This document shows positions 1 to 8,030 of a stretch of DNA of 64,000 nucleotides, piece by piece (position 1 is the stretch's first letter; every line of letters starts with the position of its first letter). Origin of the DNA: Candidatus Aenigmatarchaeota archaeon (GTDB lineage Archaea > Aenigmatarchaeota > Aenigmatarchaeia > QMZP01 > QMZT01); the NCBI GenBank assembly GCA_016932735.1, contig JAFGCI010000004.1, forward strand, positions 124,711 through 188,710, read 5' to 3'. The notes beneath the pieces are model-generated. The model searched no databases. It was not told where the DNA came from and worked only from the letters and a program-made list of their open reading frames with translations. The translations under genes and the position numbers were made by a program.

Positions 1-304
1 GGACGTTCTGTACTGTTCCCTGCGTACCGTTTCTTTCAAAAGTCCTTATATCGGTTATTTTTGCAATTTTGCAGTTGAGATCGACAGAAAACATACCCGG
101 AACGACGTCCCGTGCCTTGAGGTTTCTGGCCTGTTCTTCGAGCAAAGTCAGGCCCAGTTCCCTTGCGATTATATATGCAGCCCCCTCCTCAGATACGAGA
201 CCGGAAAGCTCGTCCTGTTTTTCTTCAATCATCTTTTTTATTTCGTCTTCACTATATTCGGATTTCTTTGAAATTTCCATTATGAGCTCTTCAAGTGACA
301 GCAT
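1..304 (-). CDS. rpa: Replication protein A / ssDNA-binding protein (DUF2240-like N-terminus plus OB fold), runs off the left edge
   Basis: Not in ORF track. Manual translation from ATG at 304: MLSLEELIMEISKKSEYSEDEIKKMIEEKQDELSGLVSEEGAAYIIARELG...VDLNCKIAKITDIRTFERNGTQGTVQNV, the typical archaeal RPA N-terminus followed by the start of an OB fold. Confidence 0.8.
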   Translation of the reverse strand, partial: MLSLEELIMEISKKSEYSEDEIKKMIEEKQDELSGLVSEEGAAYIIARELGLTLLEEQARNLKARDVVPGMFSVDLNCKIAKITDIRTFERNGTQGTVQNV

Positions 305-363
305 ATAAATTAGTTAATATAAAACCTTTTAAGGCTTTTAATGGTTAATATCGGGGAGGTTTA

Positions 364-1527
364 TCATAATTTTCTGAGAAGAAACATTTCTCTTGTGAGC
401 GTCTTTTTCTCTTCACGGAAAGGCTGTTCCAGACCTTCACGCACCTTTGCTTCTTCGAAGCCATGTCGCGTGAATATCTTCCTGAAATTCATGTGAACGT
501 TCTTTGTCTTTGTCCTGTATGAAGGAACGACAATGCAAACATAACCGTCCCTTTTTATAACTCTGGCGAATTCCTTTATTATACTGTCATAAAGCTGTAT
601 ATTCTTATTCAGCATGTGCTTGGCCGTTTTTGGCGAGGAAATCTTCTTTAGCGCAGGGCCAAAGTAGGGCTCTGTAACAATAGCATCCACTTTTTCTTTA
701 ATTAAACCGGATATTTCCGAGGCATCAGAAACAAAAAGGGAATCTGTGAAATTATATCTTTTTAATCCATACTCTTCAATAACCCAGTTCAGGTTTCTTT
801 TTGTACTTAAAACCATTTTTGAATCGATATCGGAGCCTATTATGCTGGCATCCATCAATACTGCCTCCTGCAATATTATGCCCGTTCCGCAGAAGGGATC
901 CATAATCCTTGTATTTTCTTTGACGCCTGCCAGATTGAGCATTATTTTTGCGAGTCTTATGGGAATACCGATTGTAGAGACAGTTACTGGTTTATTCTCA
1001 TCCCTCTTTTTGAATTCAAGCGGATTATTGAAAGAGCATGTAGATCCAACATATAATAAATCGCCTCTGAAAAAAAGTACAATATCAATTATATCTTTTC
1101 TTGATAAATGAACGGGGCTGACCTCTCCTTTGAAATTAATAAATCGGGATTTTAATCCTTCTTTTTTCAATATATCTTTAATATTCTTCTGAAGAATCTG
1201 AATCTCGTTTTTGTTTTTCATAAGCCATGATTTTGATTTACCGTATACGCTCATACCGAAGACGGCTTTTTCACCACCCCTGCCAACGTCTTTTGAAACA
1301 TCAATCATATAAGGATCGAATTTCTCAAACATTTCAGAGATTTTAATGATTTTTATTGTCCCCCCCAATACATTGGCGTCTGGTATATTATCACTTTTAA
1401 CTAGCGCCGCGTTCTCCGATATCATTGTTAAATCCAGATTCCAGTTCCTGTGCCTGTAATACATTGTTATCTCAGAAACTGAGAGAGGCCTGTTTTTTCC
1501 AAGAAGAAATATGTATTCTTGCATCAT
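364..1527 (-). CDS. trm11: tRNA G10 N2-methyltransferase (Trm11/TrmG10-like; THUMP-like plus SAM methyltransferase)
   Basis: Motifs IPIRLAKIMLNLA, DPFCGTGIILQEA, GSDID, DAIVTEPYFG. Confidence 0.8.
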   Translation of the reverse strand: MMQEYIFLLGKNRPLSVSEITMYYRHRNWNLDLTMISENAALVKSDNIPDANVLGGTIKIIKISEMFEKFDPYMIDVSKDVGRGGEKAVFGMSVYGKSKSWLMKNKNEIQILQKNIKDILKKEGLKSRFINFKGEVSPVHLSRKDIIDIVLFFRGDLLYVGSTCSFNNPLEFKKRDENKPVTVSTIGIPIRLAKIMLNLAGVKENTRIMDPFCGTGIILQEAVLMDASIIGSDIDSKMVLSTKRNLNWVIEEYGLKRYNFTDSLFVSDASEISGLIKEKVDAIVTEPYFGPALKKISSPKTAKHMLNKNIQLYDSIIKEFARVIKRDGYVCIVVPSYRTKTKNVHMNFRKIFTRHGFEEAKVREGLEQPFREEKKTLTREMFLLRKL

Positions 1528-1556
1528 ATTTAATATTCTCTACTCATTATAAATGA

Positions 1557-1985
1557 ATGTCATACAAATATCTGGAAGATATAGCCACGGCAGACATAGC
1601 ATTCGAGGCCGTTGGGAGGACAACCGAAGAGGCCTTTGAGAACGCTGCAAAGGCGACGTTTAATATAATCACAGATATAAAAGACGTAAAGAGAGAAACA
1701 GAAAAGAAACTCGTGTTTGATGCAGAGGATTTAAAGGCATTGTTATTTGAATGGATAGACGGGCTTTTATTCTATTGGGATTCAGAAAATCTCATTTTTT
1801 CGGATTTTGTCGTTAAAATAAAAGAAGCATCAGGACGCTACAATATGGAGGCTACGGCCAAAGGCGAACCGTTCGACCCCAAAAGGCATGAAGTCAAACA
1901 GAATGTAAAATCTCCAACATATCATCTTATGGAAATAGAAAACCAAAAAGACAGATGCAAAATCAGGATGGTAATTGACATTTAA
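1557..1985 (+). CDS. Archease (RtcB cofactor)
   Basis: YKYLEDIATADIAFEAVG N-terminus, VKSPTYH and C-terminal VIDI; 142 aa. Confidence 0.92.
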   Translation: MSYKYLEDIATADIAFEAVGRTTEEAFENAAKATFNIITDIKDVKRETEKKLVFDAEDLKALLFEWIDGLLFYWDSENLIFSDFVVKIKEASGRYNMEATAKGEPFDPKRHEVKQNVKSPTYHLMEIENQKDRCKIRMVIDI

Positions 1986-3673
1986 TCCATCATCTTGAGA
2001 CCGCTTGCCGATTCCTTCAGTTTATTTTTCTTTTTAATCTTGTTTTCACCCTTTGTCGGCGGTATATCACTGTTGACCCAGTCCATAAGCACCGGGCTGT
2101 CTTTGTAATATAAATTCACATATTTTGAGACTTCCTGGAAATCTATTACATTATGATTTCTCATCCATGTGAGTATTTTTTTCCTCGTTTCCAGCTCACT
2201 TTCCATATGTTGGTAAGACACACCGCTCGCATGACTGATTTTTCTGAGCATATGAGATTCAATCATGTTCTTTTCATAAGCATCAGATGACGGAACCCAC
2301 TCAAAAGTTTTAACTGTTCTGGCATTGCCGCTGACCTTGTCTATTGATTCAACCTCATGTATTTCTTTCACTCTTCGGGCGGAATCTCCCTTTTCCCTGG
2401 CTCTTGCCATTATGATTATTATATCCAAGGTTTCTATGAGGCCGGGGGATAATTCTATCGGGGGCGTCTCAAGCCTTTTGATTACATCCTCAATTGAACC
2501 GGCATGTATGGTTCCCATCGATGCATGTCCCGATGCCATTCCCTGAAACATTACGTAAGCCTCCTTGCCTCTTACTTCACCCACTATGACATAATCGGGA
2601 TTCTGCCTGAAAGATTCTCTGAGCAGGTCAAAAAGGCTGACTTCACCATAAATCTTTCCGCCGATTTCAGGGATTCCGAAACCGATTCTTGAAACAGACG
2701 GAATCCAGTTTTCATGAGGCAGGTTCAGTTCCCTTGTATCTTCTATTGAAACAATCTTATTTTCGGGTGGTATGAACATTGTTATAGCATTGAGCAATGT
2801 AGTCTTACCAGATGAAACGCCACCACAAATCAAAAGAGATGCCCTGTATTCCATCATTATCCATAAATATGCCATCAGTTCAGGTGAAGCCGTGTTCAGG
2901 TTTATGAGCTCTATGGGGGATAATGGCTCTTCTCTGAACTTTCTTATTGAAAATGTTGGTCCGTGTGTAGTAACATCCTTTGCAAGAGTCGCCTGGACCC
3001 TGGAGCCGTCCGGCAGGCTTCCGTCGAGTAAAGGCATTGCATAAGAAATATAACGGCCGCATCTCTCGGCAAGTTTTATTACAAATTTTCCAAGATTCTC
3101 GTTGTTCTCTAATCTGATATTTGTCTTAATGGAACCGAATCTTCTGTGGGTAACGAACATATTTGTGGTCGTTCCGTCGCAGCCGATGTCTTCAATATAC
3201 GGATCATGCATCAACGGCTCAATCTCATTCAGTCCTGCAAAATCCCTGAAAATATAATACATTATCTTTGTGTAGGAGTCGGGGCCTACTACTATATTCT
3301 CATCGTCTATTATCTCAGAGACTTTCGATTTCAGGTAATTGAAAGTTTCATTCTTTTTCTTGACAACCGATAAGCTTACATCAATAACCTCAAGGAGATC
3401 GTTTTTAATTTTTTCCATAACGTCTTTTTCTTTCTTTGTAAGTTCAGGTTCCTGAGCGTAATAGATTATACATTTTTCCTCTTTATCCCATTTTATTTTT
3501 GCTGTGACAAAAGGTTCTATAAGAGGATATGTAACGTCAACTTTACTCTTTTCCTTGAAAATGGGTAAGATAACAATGTGTTTTGCATCCCTTATATGGA
3601 CGTCAGGGTAATCGACTTTCATTTTCCCTCTAAGTTTATCAATTTTCTCCCTGAGCAGCCCACGAAAACTCAT
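1982..3673 (-). CDS. Type IV pilus/archaellum assembly ATPase (FlaI/TadA/VirB11 family)
   Basis: DGSLPDGSRVQAT, FSIRKF, Walker A GGVSSGKTT, SIEDTREL, RQNPDYVIVGEVRG, GH..MGTIHA. Confidence 0.93.
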   Translation of the reverse strand: MSFRGLLREKIDKLRGKMKVDYPDVHIRDAKHIVILPIFKEKSKVDVTYPLIEPFVTAKIKWDKEEKCIIYYAQEPELTKKEKDVMEKIKNDLLEVIDVSLSVVKKKNETFNYLKSKVSEIIDDENIVVGPDSYTKIMYYIFRDFAGLNEIEPLMHDPYIEDIGCDGTTTNMFVTHRRFGSIKTNIRLENNENLGKFVIKLAERCGRYISYAMPLLDGSLPDGSRVQATLAKDVTTHGPTFSIRKFREEPLSPIELINLNTASPELMAYLWIMMEYRASLLICGGVSSGKTTLLNAITMFIPPENKIVSIEDTRELNLPHENWIPSVSRIGFGIPEIGGKIYGEVSLFDLLRESFRQNPDYVIVGEVRGKEAYVMFQGMASGHASMGTIHAGSIEDVIKRLETPPIELSPGLIETLDIIIIMARAREKGDSARRVKEIHEVESIDKVSGNARTVKTFEWVPSSDAYEKNMIESHMLRKISHASGVSYQHMESELETRKKILTWMRNHNVIDFQEVSKYVNLYYKDSPVLMDWVNSDIPPTKGENKIKKKNKLKESASGLKMMD

Positions 3674-3677
3674 TCAT

Positions 3678-3944
3678 TCACCGAGAAGTTCTTCCGGTCT
3701 TCTTTCTTGTAATTTTTCTGTGTCTTGAGCATGCAGGGCACGCATAAACTTTGCTTGACGCAAATGCCATACCCTTGTTTCCAAGCTCTTTTCTTACAAG
3801 AGGATCATTTATCCTGAAACCTCTGAAAACGGGGATACATTTATATTTTGGTACCTGCCTTCCGCAGAATCCGCACGTTACGGTTGTTTCCTTTCCTCTG
3901 CCCTTCGTGTGTTCATATCCTCTTTTATAAGCTTTTCCTGCCAT
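3678..3944 (-). CDS. rps26e: 30S ribosomal protein eS26 (S26e)
   Basis: Basic 88 aa protein: KGRG...V.CGFCGRQVPKYK...KVYACPACSRHRKI matches the eS26 pattern KGRG..CxxC...VPKDK...YCxSCA.H.K. Confidence 0.8.
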   Translation of the reverse strand: MAGKAYKRGYEHTKGRGKETTVTCGFCGRQVPKYKCIPVFRGFRINDPLVRKELGNKGMAFASSKVYACPACSRHRKITRKKTGRTSR

Positions 3945-4006
3945 TACATCCCTCTTTATTATAATATAAGATTATAGGTTTTGCTGTTATTTATAAGAGA
4001 AAGCAT

Positions 4007-5476
4007 TTATCCTTTTATGACGCCAACGGGCTTCATTTTTGCCACAACTTTCCCTATTCCGGTCGAATTTGAAATGTTGATAACTTCATCAACATCTTTG
4101 TAAGCGCCTGGTGCTTCCTCTGCCACTCCACTCCACGACATTGATTTCAGAGATATTCCCATTTCAGCGAGGTCGCTTTTTACTTTTTCTCCTCTGTAGA
4201 TGTTCTTTGCCTTTACTCTTGACATAAGCCTTCCTGCTCCATGTGCAGTGCTTCCGAAAGATTTATCGAGGGCGCCCTGTGTTCCCACAAGAAGATAAGA
4301 AGCCGTTCCCATGGAACCCGGAATGAGGACCGGCTGGCCAACCTTCTGGTAAACTGAAGGAACGTTCTCATGACCCGCGGGCAGGGAACGGGTTGCACCC
4401 TTTCTATGAATAATGACTTCTCTCACTTTTCCGTCTATCTTGTGCTTTTCTAATTTTCCTATGTTATGGCATATGTCATATACAATATTCATTCCCAAAT
4501 CCTCCGGGGATTTCCCCAAAACCATCGACAGGCTCTCCCTGATCCAGTGAGTTATCATTTGCCTGTTGGCGAAAGCGTAATTGGCTGCAGCCGACATTGA
4601 AGCAAAATATTCCTGACCTATTTTTGACTGGAAGGGAGCGTTTATCAGTTCCCTGTCAGGAAGTTTTGAAACACCTTCAGTCCCGAGTTCTTTTTCCATT
4701 CTCCTCAGGAAATCGGTTGCGACCTGATGGCCAAATCCCCTCGAACCGGTGTGTATCATGACCATTATCTGACCTTCTTCTGAAACACCGAAGGCTTCCG
4801 CTGTTTTTTTATCAAAAATCTTTTCGACTTTCTGTATTTCCATAAAATGGTTTCCCGCGCCAAGCGAGCCTAGTTGAGGAGAGCCTCTTTTATATGTCCT
4901 TTCATTAAGTGCGGCTTCGCTTCTTGCTGTTTTCATTTCTCCGTTTTCTTCAAGCCTTTCGAGATCCTCTTCCCAGCCATAACCATTCTCAATTGCCCAT
5001 CTGGCACCGCTTTCCAGAACGTTTGCAAGGTCTTTTTCCATAAGCTTGTCTATCCTTCCCTTGCTTCCGACACCGGCAGGCACATTCTTGTAAATAGAAT
5101 TAAGGATATCATTCATCTTGGATTTCGTTTCATCATATTCCAGATTCGTTCTGATAAGGCGGACACCACAATTAATATCATAGCCTATCCCCCCCGGCGA
5201 TATTATGCCTTCATTCACATCAAATGCTGCAACGCCTCCTATAGGAAAGCCATAGCCAAAATGCATGTCCGGCATCGCCAAAGAATATTTTTGAATTCCG
5301 GGAAGGCACGCAACATTGACGGCTTGTTGTATTGCTCCGTCCTCTATGAAATCCATAAATTTTTTTGATGTGAAAATCCTTGCGGGAACATTCATTCTTT
5401 TGTCGTGTTTAATACTGAGCTCCCATATATCATTCTCAACTTCAACGAGATTCTTCTTCAGATTATTTTCAGCCAT
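4007..5476 (-). CDS. rtcB: RNA-splicing ligase RtcB
   Basis: PDMHFGYGFPIG, GYDINCGVR, GNHF, HTGSRG, HRKGA, HGAGR motifs; normal length, no intein. Confidence 0.97.
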   Translation of the reverse strand: MAENNLKKNLVEVENDIWELSIKHDKRMNVPARIFTSKKFMDFIEDGAIQQAVNVACLPGIQKYSLAMPDMHFGYGFPIGGVAAFDVNEGIISPGGIGYDINCGVRLIRTNLEYDETKSKMNDILNSIYKNVPAGVGSKGRIDKLMEKDLANVLESGARWAIENGYGWEEDLERLEENGEMKTARSEAALNERTYKRGSPQLGSLGAGNHFMEIQKVEKIFDKKTAEAFGVSEEGQIMVMIHTGSRGFGHQVATDFLRRMEKELGTEGVSKLPDRELINAPFQSKIGQEYFASMSAAANYAFANRQMITHWIRESLSMVLGKSPEDLGMNIVYDICHNIGKLEKHKIDGKVREVIIHRKGATRSLPAGHENVPSVYQKVGQPVLIPGSMGTASYLLVGTQGALDKSFGSTAHGAGRLMSRVKAKNIYRGEKVKSDLAEMGISLKSMSWSGVAEEAPGAYKDVDEVINISNSTGIGKVVAKMKPVGVIKG

Positions 5477-5548
5477 GAAACCACCTTCACAATAATATTA
5501 AATTTAACGGGATGATATTATAAGGGAAATGTTTAATAAGTGAATTAC

Positions 5549-6700
5549 ATGAGATTGGTTTATCTTGATAATGCCGCTTCGACGAGAGTCGATGAAAGAG
5601 TAACAGAGGAAATGATACCTTATTTTAATGATAAGTATGCAGTAGCGACATCTGTTTTCAGCTACAGGATGGGACTTGAATCAAAAAAAGCTATTGATTC
5701 AGCCAGGAAAATAATAGCCGAAAAGATTAACGCGTCTTCTGATGAGATAATATTCACTTCCGGAGAAACCGAAAGCAACAATATAGCAATACTCGGCACT
5801 TCCGGAAAAAACAAAGGTAAGAGCCATATAATAACCACGAAAACAGAGCATCTTTCTGTTTTAAAAACCATAGAAAAGCTCAAAGAAGGGGGCTTTTTGG
5901 TAAGTTATGTTCCAGTCGATAAAGAGGGCTTTATAGACTGTAATGCACTTAAAAAATCAATAAAAAAGGAAACTCTTATGGTGGCAATATGTCACGCAAA
6001 CGAGGAAATAGGAACCATACAGAACATAGAAAAGATAGGAAAAATTTGCAGAGAAAAAAAAATACTTTTTCATGTTGACGCCACTCAAACTTTCACGAAG
6101 ATGCCTATTGATGTAGAAAAACTTAATATAACAACACTCACTTTATCCGGCCATACGATACACGGCCCGAAGGGAGCCGGGGCCCTCTTCATAAAAAAGG
6201 GAACTAAAATAGACAAAATAATGCACGGCGGTTTCAATGAATATGATTTAAGGCCGGGTACAGAGAACGTGCCTGCAATAGTCGGCTTCGGTGAAGCAGT
6301 CCGGATTTCCGGAAAGGACTGCAAAAAAGTTTCTGTATTAAGGGACTATCTTATAGAAAGAATAACAAATGAAATCCCCGATATAAAGATAAACGGCCCT
6401 TTGGGTAAAGACAGATTATGCAATAACGTGAACATTTCATTCCATCATGTAGAAGGCGAGTCAATCCTTCTCAGGCTTGATATGAAAGGCATATGCGTCT
6501 CTACGGGTTCGGCATGCTTTTCGAGAAGCCTTGAGATGAGCCCGACAATGAAAGCAATTGGCAATAATCACGAGCTTTCTCACGGCTCCATCAGGTTCAC
6601 ACTGAGTAAATACACAACAAAAGAAGAGATCGATTATACGGTTGAATCGCTTAAGAAGATTATAAAAGAGTTGAGAAAGATAAGCCCATTAGGGAAATAA
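5549..6700 (+). CDS. iscS: IscS/NifS-family protein, atypical (PLP Schiff-base Lys replaced by Thr)
   Basis: YLDNAAST, EHLSV, HVDATQ, SGHTIHGPKG, RPGTEN, STGSAC; adjacent to iscU. Confidence 0.88.
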   Translation: MRLVYLDNAASTRVDERVTEEMIPYFNDKYAVATSVFSYRMGLESKKAIDSARKIIAEKINASSDEIIFTSGETESNNIAILGTSGKNKGKSHIITTKTEHLSVLKTIEKLKEGGFLVSYVPVDKEGFIDCNALKKSIKKETLMVAICHANEEIGTIQNIEKIGKICREKKILFHVDATQTFTKMPIDVEKLNITTLTLSGHTIHGPKGAGALFIKKGTKIDKIMHGGFNEYDLRPGTENVPAIVGFGEAVRISGKDCKKVSVLRDYLIERITNEIPDIKINGPLGKDRLCNNVNISFHHVEGESILLRLDMKGICVSTGSACFSRSLEMSPTMKAIGNNHELSHGSIRFTLSKYTTKEEIDYTVESLKKIIKELRKISPLGK

Positions 6701-6761
6701 AACTATAAATATAACACTGTTATATATTCTTTTATTAATATTTACCGTTCAATGTGGTCTT

Positions 6762-7403
6762 ATGTCAGTTTCGCCTTATTCGTACAAAGTCATAAAGCAT
6801 TTCCAGAACCCGAAAAACGTTGGAAGGATAAAGAACCCGGATGGGAAGGCAAGCGAAGGAAGTCCCCTCTGTGGTGACATGGTCAGCCTTTATATTAAAG
6901 TTGACCCCGTTTCAAATATAATAACTGATATAAAATTTGAGTCTTACGGATGTGCCTCAAATATAGCTACAGGCTCAATAATAACGGAGCTCGCAAAAGG
7001 AAAGACTTTGAGTGAAGCCAAAAAAATTGACTGGAAGATGGCCTCCGATGAACTGGGCGGTCTCCCTCCGATGAAAGTTCATTGCTCGGTACTTGCGGTC
7101 GAAGCATTAAGGTCGGCAATAAGTAATTATGAAGAGAAGCACGGTCTCGCAAAACCAGAGGACATAGAGCTCAATGAAGATAACGTGAAGAAGAAGCTTA
7201 GTCACGTTATAAACCCAAATATAGGCAAAGACATTATCTTTTCCAAGACTATCAAAAGCTTCAGCATAAAAGAAGGAATAGTTGAAATAGAACTTGACAT
7301 GGATAAGAAAAACCAGTTTTCAAATAACATATCCGATGAAATAAAGGAATCTCTTTCAACGCTGAAAGGACTGAAAAGAACAGAGATAAAATTCTCTGAT
7401 TAG
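6762..7403 (+). CDS. iscU: IscU/NifU-N scaffold fused to a C-terminal DUF59/MIP18-like domain
   Basis: HFQNPKNVG, PLCGD, GCASNIA, KVHCSVLA (three Cys), plus a ~80 aa extension LSHVINPNIGKDII. Confidence 0.88.
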   Translation: MSVSPYSYKVIKHFQNPKNVGRIKNPDGKASEGSPLCGDMVSLYIKVDPVSNIITDIKFESYGCASNIATGSIITELAKGKTLSEAKKIDWKMASDELGGLPPMKVHCSVLAVEALRSAISNYEEKHGLAKPEDIELNEDNVKKKLSHVINPNIGKDIIFSKTIKSFSIKEGIVEIELDMDKKNQFSNNISDEIKESLSTLKGLKRTEIKFSD

Positions 7404-7897
7404 GCAATGGTTTTCTCTATGATGGACGTTTTTGCGGAAACCGAATCACACGCATTGTTTGTGACTCTTATTTCATTTGCCGTAGCACCCATGTTTCTGT
7501 ATGATGCGCTGCCATCCAGATCGAGTTTGACATAGACGCTTGCCTCTCTTCCGAGTTTTGTCGTTGAAGTTATGTTAGGGCTTAAAGAAATCAGACTATC
7601 GGTCGAGTTGAATTGAAGTATTTCGCTTGTATTATCAATTATAACACCGAATCCATAAATACCCTCAGCGCCCTGGTTTGTTACTTTCATAATAAGATAA
7701 TTATCTCCCGTTTGATTAAAAATAGCCGATTCTATGATGTAATTGGTTCTGATAATACATGCCATGGAGGAGTCGCTTGTCTGATGGCTGACCCACTGTG
7801 TTACCCATGTAGAAAGCATGACCCCCGTCGTGATGGCAACAGCAATCATTATTACGATAGCTATAATAGGAGAAATGCCTTTCATTTTAGAGTGCAT
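7400..7897 (-). CDS. Archaeal type IV pilin (class III signal peptide)
   Basis: MKG|ISPIIAIVIMIAVAI prepilin cleavage site followed by a hydrophobic helix; several N-X-S/T sequons. Confidence 0.85.
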   Translation of the reverse strand: MHSKMKGISPIIAIVIMIAVAITTGVMLSTWVTQWVSHQTSDSSMACIIRTNYIIESAIFNQTGDNYLIMKVTNQGAEGIYGFGVIIDNTSEILQFNSTDSLISLSPNITSTTKLGREASVYVKLDLDGSASYRNMGATANEIRVTNNACDSVSAKTSIIEKTIA

Positions 7898-8030
7898 GAT
7901 AAATTATTGTCGTATCCTTGTAATAAATGTATAACATGGCTGCTATCTAATCTACATATGCAACGTTTAAATATGTCAACTATAAAACTAATCTATTTTA
8001 ATTAGGAATAATTTTAACGGAGGAGATTAA

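Noticed and set aside
69-308. 79 aa plus-strand ORF
   Set aside because: Antisense shadow of the partial rpa gene
4007-5476. Intein in RtcB
   Set aside because: 489 aa with contiguous motifs; no insertion
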